The notes below the pieces were generated by a model. It saw only the letters and a program-made list of their open reading frames with translations. It ran no database searches and was not told where the DNA came from. This document shows positions 9,023 through 17,644 of a stretch of DNA of 45,851 nucleotides, in pieces. The position numbers were made by a program, and so were the translations under genes. Numbering within the stretch: the first letter of the stretch is position 1; the number at the start of each line of letters is the position of its first letter. This stretch comes from Candidatus Micrarchaeota archaeon (GTDB lineage: Archaea; Micrarchaeota; Micrarchaeia; Norongarragalinales; Norongarragalinaceae): NCBI GenBank assembly GCA_043822385.1, contig JBDRBT010000021.1, positions 1 through 45,851 of the forward strand, read 5' to 3'.

Positions 9023-9607
9023 TTAACTGAGAATGACTATTAAAATAGTTGCTATTACTGCCATTACCGAAAAAGTATATCCTATAATTCTGCCTGTTAT
9101 TTTGGATTTTTCGACTAATTTGTATTCCCAAGTTTCTTCAGGAAACGCCAGAGAAGTTATGCCCATAACTCCTTTTCCTTGAACTTGTATCACTTTTTCA
9201 AAACTAGTTTTAGTAACTAACTCAACCCTGCTTTTAAAGCCAGTTACAAAACCAGCTATTGTTAACGCAGAAAACATTACTCCAGCGACTACAAGGAAAA
9301 TCGGCGGAAACATATATTCCGTTCCTGGCGGGTTGTTAAGTGTGCTATAATACGCCCACCACGGAAATACTGAAAAAGTAATTGCTAAAAGAAGTTTAAA
9401 CGGAGTTGAAACAAGAAGACTTGTTTTCTTAATTTTGTTATTTAACTTGTTAGGCCCTTCTGAATTAAATTCAGGTAATTTGTTAATACAACGAAGAAGG
9501 CTTATTGTTGAAAAAGTAACAAAGAAAGTTGTGTAAACTATTAGCAAGAGAAAAGTTAATGCTAAAGCTATTGTTGCAGCTTGAAGTATCGTATAAAATA
9601 TTTCCAC
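9023..9607 (-). CDS. Hypothetical membrane protein (about 4 TM)
   Basis: 194-aa ORF with four hydrophobic segments; AAGGA RBS-like and TATA-like sequence upstream. Confidence 0.7.
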   Translation of the reverse strand: MEIFYTILQAATIALALTFLLLIVYTTFFVTFSTISLLRCINKLPEFNSEGPNKLNNKIKKTSLLVSTPFKLLLAITFSVFPWWAYYSTLNNPPGTEYMFPPIFLVVAGVMFSALTIAGFVTGFKSRVELVTKTSFEKVIQVQGKGVMGITSLAFPEETWEYKLVEKSKITGRIIGYTFSVMAVIATILIVILS

Positions 9608-9660
9608 GTATCCTTAATTTTTTTCACTTATTAAAAAGTATTGCCGAAGGCCTAACGCAA

Positions 9661-10251
9661 TTAACTATAAACCGGTTCAACTGGACAAATTTCACCTGTT
9701 ACCGAAAACTCGTTTTCAGCAAAATTTGGTTTAGAACAAACAATAAACCCGTTCTCGTACTCTGATTCAAAGGAAACCATAAACCAAGCGTAGTTGATAG
9801 CAAAACCTTCGCCACCAGGCGTTTCGCTAGTATCATTATTTACAACCCAATCGCAACCTGTTTCTTCAGCTTTCGATTCATAAAGCTTAAAGAAAGTCTT
9901 TTTTGAATCCATTTCGGCTATATGAATCATTTCTCCAGCAGAAGAATCTGAAACCGTTTTTAAGAAATTACCTTTCCTCTTAAGCAAACGGTTACCAACT
10001 AGCTTGCTGGCGGGGGTATAATTGCAGTCAAAGTTTTTTCCTGAAGCAAGTAACTCATCAAAAAAGTTTTTGTATTCACCAGGCGCATTAGGATCAAACG
10101 TTCCCTCAAAGTAATCAACAACAGGCGTTGGAGTAGCGCTATTTTCTACTGTAGACACAGGTGTCGGCGTAGGAGAAGCATCTTCTTGATTAGTTGAAAC
10201 ACAACCAAACAACAAAAAACCAAACAAAACAATTAGAAAAAGCTTATTCAC
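9661..10251 (-). CDS. Putative lipoprotein
   Basis: MNKLFLIVLFGFLLFGC signal/lipobox-like N-terminus, Pro/Thr linker, Cys-containing domain. Confidence 0.75.
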   Translation of the reverse strand: MNKLFLIVLFGFLLFGCVSTNQEDASPTPTPVSTVENSATPTPVVDYFEGTFDPNAPGEYKNFFDELLASGKNFDCNYTPASKLVGNRLLKRKGNFLKTVSDSSAGEMIHIAEMDSKKTFFKLYESKAEETGCDWVVNNDTSETPGGEGFAINYAWFMVSFESEYENGFIVCSKPNFAENEFSVTGEICPVEPVYS

Positions 10252-10287
10252 GAAAACAAGTAAGAAAAACTCGTTTAAAACTTTGCT

Positions 10288-10354
10288 AGTTCAAGTCCCT
10301 TATAGGGATTTAGTGCTCCGAACGAGCGTAATCTATTTTAAAAAATCCCTAAAC
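10288..10354. repeat. att-like site D
   Basis: AGTTCAAGTCCCTTATAGGGATTTAGTGCTCCGAACGAGCGTAATCTATTTTAAAAAATCCCTAAAC. Confidence 0.92.
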
Positions 10355-10362
10355 AACAAGTT

Positions 10363-10704
10363 CTAAGTACTAGGATTTGGACCACAACACCAACCCGTAA
10401 CCCCGCCATTAGTAACTACAGGAGTAATCCAATCAACCACTCCTTCACACGAACTAACAGGCTCACTAGACAAATTACTAGACACTAAAATAAGACAAGA
10501 TTGTGGCGGGAAGTTCGTTACTCCGCTAGAATTCCACTCACTAGTTCCAGACACATAACAACCAGGCACTTGAGCCAACGTAGCACGACAAGCTTCTACA
10601 GGCCTAGGCCTAGTATCAGGAGTAGGCAAAAACAAATACGAAACCCACAAAAATAACAGCGCCAACACAAAAACAACGATTAAAGCTATATCCCACTTTT
10701 TCAT
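10363..10704 (-). CDS. Small membrane-anchored Cys-rich protein
   Basis: MKKWD plus TM helix, then six Cys; ATG at 10704; sole gene of the 468-bp module. Confidence 0.65.
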   Translation of the reverse strand: MKKWDIALIVVFVLALLFLWVSYLFLPTPDTRPRPVEACRATLAQVPGCYVSGTSEWNSSGVTNFPPQSCLILVSSNLSSEPVSSCEGVVDWITPVVTNGGVTGWCCGPNPST

Positions 10705-10780
10705 TTTACAAAAACTAGTACCACTAAAGAAGTTAAAAACCAAGCGGATTCACACAAAATAATGCTCTTTCCGAGAACGT

Positions 10781-10822
10781 ATGCTCCGAACGAGTGTGCA
10801 CTATTTAAAAAAATCCCTAAAC
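10781..10822. repeat. att-like site E: core plus right arm
   Basis: ATGCTCCGAACGAGTGTGCACTATTTAAAAAAATCCCTAAAC. Confidence 0.9.
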
Positions 10823-10852
10823 TCAAAAACTAAAATAAGCGTTCAAAAAAAA

Positions 10853-11569
10853 CTATTTTTTGTGAAAAACCTTTATGAATTCATCCGCAAACTTTTCAGC
10901 AAAAGCCCTTGCTTGCTTATGCCCTAACTCTGAATCAAGAGAAGACAAGGGCCGCTCAAGATTCATCGGAACTCCTGGCAAATCCCAATTATAATTGTCT
11001 CGCTTTTTTGTGTAATTAGCCCAATCAATTAATACTTTTAAGGATTGTTTAGGTGAAAGACCCTTACGCACAAACTCGTTATGCAAGTAAGGCGCTAAAG
11101 TCCACCAAATAAAAACCGCCCTACCTTCACTATCCAAGAAAATCCTAGCAGGATACTGTTCTTTACTAAAACCAGCGTGTTTTAAAAAGTCAAACCCGAA
11201 CTTTTTCTCTTCAGAACTCCTAGATTTGTCCGTAAGCGTATCCATGTAATCGAGAATGCGTTCAGCAGTCAAACGACTTAAATGAAAAAACGTACGACCA
11301 AAAGGAAACAAATTAGACTTATCCTTTTCTTCCAATTTTTTTAGATATTCTTGCGCTACTTTACGTACTTTTTCAGAATGCGTGTCGGTTCCAAATGCGC
11401 CCCCAAACTTAGGGTGATTATACACTAATCCTTCGCTTGACGTGCCAATAAGCATAGCTCCGACTTTATTCCTATAACTCCTAGAAGCATTAAAGAGGGT
11501 ATAAGCGGGACCTGAAATATGGTTTAACTTTTCATGAATTTTTTCAATTTGTTTCGGAGTTGGCACCAT
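10853..11569 (-). CDS. Hypothetical soluble protein
   Basis: 238-aa ORF filling the tRNA-proximal module; no recognised motif. Confidence 0.7.
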   Translation of the reverse strand: MVPTPKQIEKIHEKLNHISGPAYTLFNASRSYRNKVGAMLIGTSSEGLVYNHPKFGGAFGTDTHSEKVRKVAQEYLKKLEEKDKSNLFPFGRTFFHLSRLTAERILDYMDTLTDKSRSSEEKKFGFDFLKHAGFSKEQYPARIFLDSEGRAVFIWWTLAPYLHNEFVRKGLSPKQSLKVLIDWANYTKKRDNYNWDLPGVPMNLERPLSSLDSELGHKQARAFAEKFADEFIKVFHKK

Positions 11570-11640
11570 TAAAATATACTTACTAGAAAACAAATAAAAC
11601 CCTACGCAAATTAAAGTTCAAGTCCCGAAAAGGGCACTAG

Positions 11641-11715
11641 TGCTCCGAACGGGATTTGAACCCGTGTTACCGGCTTGAGAAGCCGAGGTCCTTGGCCGGG
11701 CTAGACGATCGGAGC
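11641..11715 (-). tRNA. tRNA-Glu(CTC)
   Basis: Cloverleaf: GCTCCGA/TCGGAGC acceptor, TCGGC-TTCTCAA-GCCGG anticodon arm, ACGGG-TTCAAAT-CCCGT T arm; CCA not encoded. Confidence 0.97.
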
Positions 11716-11747
11716 TTTAAGAAAAAAAATTTGGTTGAAAGAGTTAT

Positions 11748-12839
11748 TTAAAACCAACCTAAGTAAATAGAAGCAATCATTCCTACTCCAAGCAACAACA
11801 TTAAAACGCCAGCAATCAAGTGAAGCGTCTTCAACTTGTTTTTACGCCAGTCTTCAGCTTGCTCAGAAGTAGTAAAACCAAAGTAAATACCTAAAGTAAT
11901 CAACAACATGGGTAAAACGAAAATCAAGTTATACAAAACTAGCAACATGAACGCGTAATCACGTGAAGTAGCTTTAGCAAGCAAGCCAAGAATAACTATG
12001 TAAGGACCGGAAGTGCAAGGCAACAAAAACAAGCTAACAATCAAGCCAGCAAAGAAAGCACCAGGAATAGACGTAACGCGACTAATTATTTTTTTCATTC
12101 TAGGCCGCCAACTCAACGGCACTTCCATAATGAACCACTTGCCGTACCAAAAGTAATCCTTCAAGTTAAACAAGCCAACAAAAATAGCTAAAATTGCTAC
12201 AGCGTAATAAAACGCTTGAGACAAGCCACTAGCTTGAATCACGCTAAACAAACCTAAACCCATAGCAAAGTAAGCCAAATAAACCGCAAGAGTAAACGCT
12301 AAACCAGCAAGCAAAGCTCTACGCCTATTCCCCGAAGCTAAAACAGCAGTAATCAATAAAATCAATACAGCGAAAGCACAAGGATTAATCGCGTCAACAG
12401 CCGCAGCTAAAATTACGGCGGGAATAGTTAACTGTTCTACTTCAGGTTGAACTGGAGTAGACACGAGTTTTTCAATAGGGTCAACGCAACCGTTTTCAAC
12501 ACAGTAAGTTATTTCTCCCTCTACTTCAGGCGCCATGAACGTAGCATAACCAACAATCATTTTTTCTCCAATGAAAGTAACGGGCACGCCAGAAACTTCC
12601 TGCCCGTAAGCACTAGTTAATTGCTGAAATAAATTATTATTAGCAATTTCATGAATCTCGAATTCCTTTACTTCAAGAGAAGGATACTTGTCTTTAATTC
12701 CATCTAGAAAATCAAGCAACTCAATGCAATGAGGACACGTAGTAGAATGAAAAACGTATATTGGCGTTGCGTGTTCTTGAGCTGCAACTAGAGTTGAAAA
12801 CGCTAGGAAACAAAAAACAAGCAAAAATAACTTATTCAA
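11748..12839 (-). CDS. Thioredoxin-fold + CcdA/DsbD-like disulfide transporter fusion
   Basis: Signal peptide, TCPHC and GVP motifs, then a TM domain with DAINPCAF and LPCTSGPY; TTG start after GAGGT (track start 12854). Confidence 0.85.
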   Translation of the reverse strand: MNKLFLLVFCFLAFSTLVAAQEHATPIYVFHSTTCPHCIELLDFLDGIKDKYPSLEVKEFEIHEIANNNLFQQLTSAYGQEVSGVPVTFIGEKMIVGYATFMAPEVEGEITYCVENGCVDPIEKLVSTPVQPEVEQLTIPAVILAAAVDAINPCAFAVLILLITAVLASGNRRRALLAGLAFTLAVYLAYFAMGLGLFSVIQASGLSQAFYYAVAILAIFVGLFNLKDYFWYGKWFIMEVPLSWRPRMKKIISRVTSIPGAFFAGLIVSLFLLPCTSGPYIVILGLLAKATSRDYAFMLLVLYNLIFVLPMLLITLGIYFGFTTSEQAEDWRKNKLKTLHLIAGVLMLLLGVGMIASIYLGWF

Positions 12840-12903
12840 AATAATAAACCTCAAAAATAACTAACAAATAAGTAAAAAACTCTTCTTAAATTAATCTCTT
12901 TAT

Positions 12904-13506
12904 TCAATAATGCAGATGACTAGTGTCATTAACTCTCGAAATCCTCCATTTTTTGCCTTCCTTAACTAATGAATTAATGCAAGCGTTAGACTGCACAAAA
13001 ACACGCCAGTTACTCAAAGGAGTTCCAGCAACTTCATCAAGCAAAAGCATTGCAGGATTATGATGCGTAATAATTAAAGCGTTTTCAGTTTTTTCTTTAT
13101 CTAGTTTCTTAAAGAAACTTAAAACTCTCTTCCTCACGTCAAGAATAGACTCGCCGCCAGATGGTTTCACGCGAATATTAAAGTAAAAATCATGAAACAA
13201 GTCCGGGTGTTCAGGCATTCTAGATAAAGAAGAGTAATCCTTGCCGTTGAAATCGCCGTAATTCCTTTCACGCAATTCCTTGCAAAAACGAGTTTTCAAG
13301 CCTAAACGCATTTCTTCAAGCGTTTGCCTAGCGCGATTCAAGTCAGAACAATACACTGAATCCAAAGGAATGTTACTGAAATACTTTCCAAGACAACGAG
13401 CTTGCTTTACACCCAAACGAGTTAACTCGCCGCCTAACCAGCCTTCATAAACGCGAGCGTCATTACCCTTGCTGCGCGCGTGCCGGACTATAAACAAGCG
13501 TTTCAT
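12904..13506 (-). CDS. Histidine phosphatase (phosphoglycerate mutase family)
   Basis: IVRHA, SDLNRARQT, LRERNYG, GGES, ITH and NDTSHL motifs. Confidence 0.9.
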   Translation of the reverse strand: MKRLFIVRHARSKGNDARVYEGWLGGELTRLGVKQARCLGKYFSNIPLDSVYCSDLNRARQTLEEMRLGLKTRFCKELRERNYGDFNGKDYSSLSRMPEHPDLFHDFYFNIRVKPSGGESILDVRKRVLSFFKKLDKEKTENALIITHHNPAMLLLDEVAGTPLSNWRVFVQSNACINSLVKEGKKWRISRVNDTSHLHY

Positions 13507-14252
13507 TTCTTTCCGGAAAACCTTCTGAACGCATCAAGCACTTCAACTGGAGTAACGAAAACAAGAGTATTAGATTGGTCAGCACTCACGTCAGCTAGAG
13601 TCTGCAGCGTCCTTAAATGTAGTGCACCAGGACTATCTGATAGAGTCTTGGCAGCTAACGCCAAGTTTTTGGAAGCTTGCACTTCACCACTAGAAATAAT
13701 TATTTGCGCGCGTCGCTCGCGTTCTGCCTCCGCCTCGCGAGCCATTGCTCTCTTCATATCCATAGGCAATTCAATGTCTTGAACTTTGATTGCGGTAACA
13801 TCAATACCCCACTCATCAGTCTCCTCGTCAACTACAGTACGAATCTCATCAGCAATCTTATCCCTATCCTGCAACGCTTCCTGAAGCGTACTGTTTCCAA
13901 TAACATCACGTAAAGCAGTTTGCGCATACTGGGATAAAGCGTAAGAATAATCCTGAATCTTGATTACAGCGTCCTCTGGCTTGATTACCTTATAGTAAAC
14001 AACCGCATTAACGTTAACTGGCACAGTATCCTTAGTAATTACTTCCTGTTTCGGAATATCAATCGTAGCAATCCTCAAGTCAACAGTAATACTCCGCTCA
14101 AAAAAAGGTATAATCAAGTTAAAGCCAGGCCCTAAAGTCCGCGAGTACTTTCCTAAACGCAAAACAATAGCTTTCTGCCACTGGTCAATAACTCTTATTC
14201 CAAACAAGAAAAAGAAAACAACTACGAAAAACAATAATAACCATTCAAACAC
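13503..14252 (-). CDS. SPFH/stomatin-like (slipin) protein
   Basis: TM helix, QEVITKD, AQTALR, MAREAEAERERRA and ALHLRTLQTL motifs. Confidence 0.93.
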   Translation of the reverse strand: MFEWLLLFFVVVFFFLFGIRVIDQWQKAIVLRLGKYSRTLGPGFNLIIPFFERSITVDLRIATIDIPKQEVITKDTVPVNVNAVVYYKVIKPEDAVIKIQDYSYALSQYAQTALRDVIGNSTLQEALQDRDKIADEIRTVVDEETDEWGIDVTAIKVQDIELPMDMKRAMAREAEAERERRAQIIISSGEVQASKNLALAAKTLSDSPGALHLRTLQTLADVSADQSNTLVFVTPVEVLDAFRRFSGKK

Positions 14253-14343
14253 TGAAAACCACCCTTAAACAAGAAAGGAAAAACAAGATTAAAACCTTAA
14301 CTAATAAAAAAGAAACAAGAGTTAAGTATTTCAGGTGCATGCA

Positions 14344-14829
14344 ATGAAAAAAGCAATAACGAGCTTAATAATCGCGATTCTTTTATTGGGTTGTACTTCA
14401 ACCACTGAAATAGAAACCCCTTCAGACTTCTCGTTTATTTACTCTACCGGAGCAATGCACACGGAATGGGGCGTTTACCACCTGGAAGTAAAAGAAAACG
14501 GCGAAGCAACTTACACTAAAACAATAGAAGAAACAAGTAAAGAATACAAGTTCAACTTGAGCCAAAAAGAAAAAAGTGCTTTATACGAAACAATGATTAA
14601 AAACAACTTTTTCTCACTTAAAGAAACTTACAAAGACCCGTCAATAATGGATGGTGGCTTCTCAGAATTAAACGTTCATGCAAACAATAAATGGAAAAAA
14701 GTCACAGTAGAAAATTACTATTTAGAAGAGTTTGAAAACATTGAACGCGAAATATCTATTTTACTACGAAAAAAACTAGATGCTCCCTTTTCTTTTGACG
14801 ACGTACTCAACGACCTGGAAGACGAATGA
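14344..14829 (+). CDS. Putative lipoprotein
   Basis: MKKAITSLIIAILLLGC lipobox-like N-terminus. Confidence 0.75.
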   Translation: MKKAITSLIIAILLLGCTSTTEIETPSDFSFIYSTGAMHTEWGVYHLEVKENGEATYTKTIEETSKEYKFNLSQKEKSALYETMIKNNFFSLKETYKDPSIMDGGFSELNVHANNKWKKVTVENYYLEEFENIEREISILLRKKLDAPFSFDDVLNDLEDE

Positions 14830-14830
14830 A

Positions 14831-14903
14831 TGGGCCCGCGGAGAATTGAACTCCGGATCTCTCGCATGTGAAGCGAGCGTCTTAGCCACTCGACTACGAG
14901 CCC
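14831..14903 (-). tRNA. tRNA-Val(CAC)
   Basis: GGGCTCG/CGGGCCC acceptor, CTCGC-TTCACAT-GCGAG anticodon arm, CGGAG-TTCAATT-CTCCG T arm. Confidence 0.97.
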
Positions 14904-15014
14904 AGAACCTTTTTAGTGAAAAAACTTCACCAAAAAGGCAAAAGTTTGATCAAAAAATGAAAAAACTCTAGAGTAATAGTAGTTAATTAAAAAATATAAA
15001 AAGAAGGGAAAAGG

Positions 15015-15554
15015 TTATTCTTTAGAATCATCGTCTTCTACTTCTTCTTCAGTAACCGCGCCAACAGAGTCTTCAGTTAACTTATCTTTCTTTTTTTCAG
15101 TTAATTCTTCCAAGTAATCTTCAGCTGGTTCTGAGTCAGCTTCATCTTCAGTAAACGATTCTAAAGAATCTACAGAAGCTTTCTCCAAGTCCTTTACTTC
15201 ACCAGCTGGAGTTGTTGAATCTTGTTTTGCAGTGCTCTCGCGGTTTATTCCAGGGCGAACAGGTGAGTACGGCCTTCTAGGCGCTAAGAACGACCTCTCG
15301 CGTTGTGCTTTAGCCATTTGCTTCTTTTTCTCGAAAATACGCCTGTGTTTTCCGCAAGAAATACAGTAAGCAAACTCGCGAGTCAAAACTCGGTCGTAAT
15401 GCTCTGAATAAACATCTTTAGCTTCCAAAGGATTTTGCAAAACCGGCTTTTCAATGTAAACCGCCTTGCTTCTAGCAACAGACCTGCCGCAACCAGCGCA
15501 CTTAACTGTTTTTTCACGACCCCTACTTCCGCTACCGCGTCTACCTTTAGCCAT
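15015..15554 (-). CDS. rps26e: Ribosomal protein eS26 with long charged C-terminal extension
   Basis: RGR...VKCAGCGRSVARSKAV and YCISCGKH zinc-binding signature of S26e. Confidence 0.82.
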   Translation of the reverse strand: MAKGRRGSGSRGREKTVKCAGCGRSVARSKAVYIEKPVLQNPLEAKDVYSEHYDRVLTREFAYCISCGKHRRIFEKKKQMAKAQRERSFLAPRRPYSPVRPGINRESTAKQDSTTPAGEVKDLEKASVDSLESFTEDEADSEPAEDYLEELTEKKKDKLTEDSVGAVTEEEVEDDDSKE

Positions 15555-15641
15555 AATAAAAACACCCCAATAAACTCAACAAATTAACCTCAAAAACAAA
15601 GCGAAATAAATAATATGAAAAAGACTTTAAAAACAGTGCCA

Positions 15642-16355
15642 TTAACTCAAATCCTTTAAAGAACCCAACTTCAAGCCAGATAACAAGAAAACTGAGGCTT
15701 TAGGCAAGTTAAACAATTTTCTCGAAAACAAAGGCCCCCTCAACTCGCGCTTGTTTACGGGAAAACCACCAACTAACTCAGAAAAAGCAGGGAAAACCAC
15801 TAGCTTGCCTTTTATTTTAAGCTTGTTTCCGCGCAAAGCGCTAGCAACAAGAAACACTTTATCAAAAAAAACGAATCCCTCAGCTTCCTCTAACTTAATA
15901 ATAGGGTGAATATTACCTGCAAGCAAGAAATCACTCTCCAACACTTCCTTGGAAGGCAACGCGTGGCCGTGAAACAAGCCGTACGAGTCTCCAGCGTGCG
16001 TTACAACGAGTCCTGAAGGCTCAATTAAAGTAACGCCAGGCAAGTCTTGCAAGCCAGAGTCGTGATTGCCTTTAATTATTGTTAAAGGAACGCTTAACTC
16101 GCGCAAGAAAGACGTTAACAACCTTGACTCGCGGTTCTTCAAGCCGTAGTAATCGTGCTTGAAGTCACCTAAAACAATTATTTTTTTCGCTTTAGTTCTA
16201 GAAATCAATGCATTCAAGCGCTTTACTTCCATGCGCCAGTAATCCTTAACTTGAAAACCCTTATCCTGCAACTCAAGCTCCATTCCCAAGTGAACGTCAG
16301 AAACAATCAAGGTAGAACCAATCATTACTGCTGGTTCCCCTACAACAAACTTCAA
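15642..16355 (-). CDS. Metallophosphoesterase (ICC-like, COG1407 type)
   Basis: SDVHLG, LGDFKH, KGNHD, HGH, GNIHP and PAFS motifs. Confidence 0.88.
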   Translation of the reverse strand: MKFVVGEPAVMIGSTLIVSDVHLGMELELQDKGFQVKDYWRMEVKRLNALISRTKAKKIIVLGDFKHDYYGLKNRESRLLTSFLRELSVPLTIIKGNHDSGLQDLPGVTLIEPSGLVVTHAGDSYGLFHGHALPSKEVLESDFLLAGNIHPIIKLEEAEGFVFFDKVFLVASALRGNKLKIKGKLVVFPAFSELVGGFPVNKRELRGPLFSRKLFNLPKASVFLLSGLKLGSLKDLS

Positions 16356-16358
16356 AAC

Positions 16359-17438
16359 TCACTCCTCAATAAAATGCAGGTTCTTGACTGCTTCGCGAGC
16401 ATGAATCAATTTCTCGTTAAAATCAGTCATGAAACTAGAAACTTTTTCTACAGCAAGCGTCTTTAATTCACCTGAAAGCATTTTACCTGAAGAATACTCG
16501 TCGTAAACTTCCTGCAGTTCCTTGTCATCCTCAATAAAGTGTTGCTTCAACAACTCGAAAACCATGTCTTTCTCCATTACTGGCCCAAGCTTCCGGTGTT
16601 CTTCAATAGTATCCCTGCCTCCAGTTAAAGCACGCATTATTTTGCGCGAAACACTCTTCGCGTCCTCTGGTAACTCAATCATTGAGTCAGGCTTTGACTT
16701 GCTCATCTTCAAGTCTCCGTCAAGAGAAGGCGCGTACTTGTGGTACAAGGAAGCTACTGGAAAGTACTTCATTAACTTGATTTTGTTAATGTAATCCCTG
16801 CACAAGCGAATGTGCGGTTCCTGGTCAATGCCAACAGGAATAATTCCAGGCATTCTCTCCTTCAACTGAGGGTAAAGCATGTCACCAAATTGAGTGCAAG
16901 CCGACAAAATCCTGCTCGGCTCGTAACTACCGTAAGCAGCCTTGAATTCAGCTGAAGTCAAGCGGTTAGCAACATCAAAAGCTACTTCAATAACTTTAGT
17001 GTTTTGAGATTGAAAATAAAAAGAAGTTTTTTTAGGATTCAAACCCAAAGCCAAGTAAGCAGGAATATAAAACTCTAAAGCCCTTCGTCTTCCTTCAGCA
17101 ATCGAAACGCCTCGCGTAGCCTGCGCTTCCAAATCAGCAACTAAAACAAAACAATGAGCGCCGTGGTCCTGAAAATAACGCATGTTTTCAATAACCATTT
17201 TAGTACCCAAGTGAATTCTCTCTGCACTAGGCATGATTCCCGTTAACGAGTAATACTTTTTACCGCTCTTCAACACTGACGAAATACTCTTCAAACCCCT
17301 GCCAGCGAAAACAATTCCCCTGCGCATTAATCGATTAGGTTCAGGAAACAATTTAGCGTCAAAACGCTCTAAACCAAAATCCTTAATGATTCTCTCGTAA
17401 TCCTCAGGCAATGAAGAACCCCACGGGTCAATAAACAC
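16359..17438 (-). CDS. trpS: Tryptophanyl-tRNA synthetase (archaeal type)
   Basis: IDPWG, MRRGIVF, HLG, PVGIDQEPH, KMSKS and TGGR motifs. Confidence 0.93.
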   Translation of the reverse strand: MFIDPWGSSLPEDYERIIKDFGLERFDAKLFPEPNRLMRRGIVFAGRGLKSISSVLKSGKKYYSLTGIMPSAERIHLGTKMVIENMRYFQDHGAHCFVLVADLEAQATRGVSIAEGRRRALEFYIPAYLALGLNPKKTSFYFQSQNTKVIEVAFDVANRLTSAEFKAAYGSYEPSRILSACTQFGDMLYPQLKERMPGIIPVGIDQEPHIRLCRDYINKIKLMKYFPVASLYHKYAPSLDGDLKMSKSKPDSMIELPEDAKSVSRKIMRALTGGRDTIEEHRKLGPVMEKDMVFELLKQHFIEDDKELQEVYDEYSSGKMLSGELKTLAVEKVSSFMTDFNEKLIHAREAVKNLHFIEE

Positions 17439-17508
17439 TTTTCAAAACACCTTGAATAAAATTAAATAACTCCTTAATATAAAAACCGCACAACAAAAAT
17501 AATATTAT

Positions 17509-17644
17509 GCAGGGGTGGCAGAACCCGGTTATTGCGCTAGTCTCGAAGCAACTTTAAAGAAAAGTTGCATTAAAAACAATTCTTTCAAAAGATGCTAGCT
17601 AACTAGTGGGGAAACCCTTCCGAGTTCAAATCTCGGCCCCTGCG
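17509..17644 (+). tRNA. tRNA-Ser(CGA) with 53-nt intron at 37/38 (17548-17600)
   Basis: GCAGGGG/CCCCTGC acceptor, CTAGT/ACTAG anticodon stem, long variable arm GGG-GAAA-CCC, G discriminator, relaxed bulge-helix-bulge. Confidence 0.92.

Larger units (their letters stand above)
4451..11640 (-). mobile_element. Tandem array of small gene modules delimited by copies of the tRNA-Glu 3' end (putative integrated cassettes; no integrase in window)
   Basis: TGCTCCGAACG at 4452, 6842, 8911, 10314, 10782 and in the tRNA at 11641; all copies intergenic; all cargo genes on the minus strand. Confidence 0.75.

Noticed and set aside
4451-11651. CRISPR array interpretation of the recurring ~40-bp repeat
   Set aside because: Spacing is 0.47-2.4 kb with whole genes between copies, the core is tRNA-derived, and no cas genes are present.
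14780-14971. 63-aa ORF across tRNA-Val, and a possible island at tRNA-Val, -Ser or -Thr
   Set aside because: The ORF is the antisense shadow of the tRNA; I saw no duplicated 3' ends of these tRNAs in the window.
17509-17644. tRNA-Sec or a pseudo-tRNA because of its length
   Set aside because: Removing a 37/38 intron yields a normal 7-bp-acceptor tRNA-Ser(CGA) with a standard variable arm.
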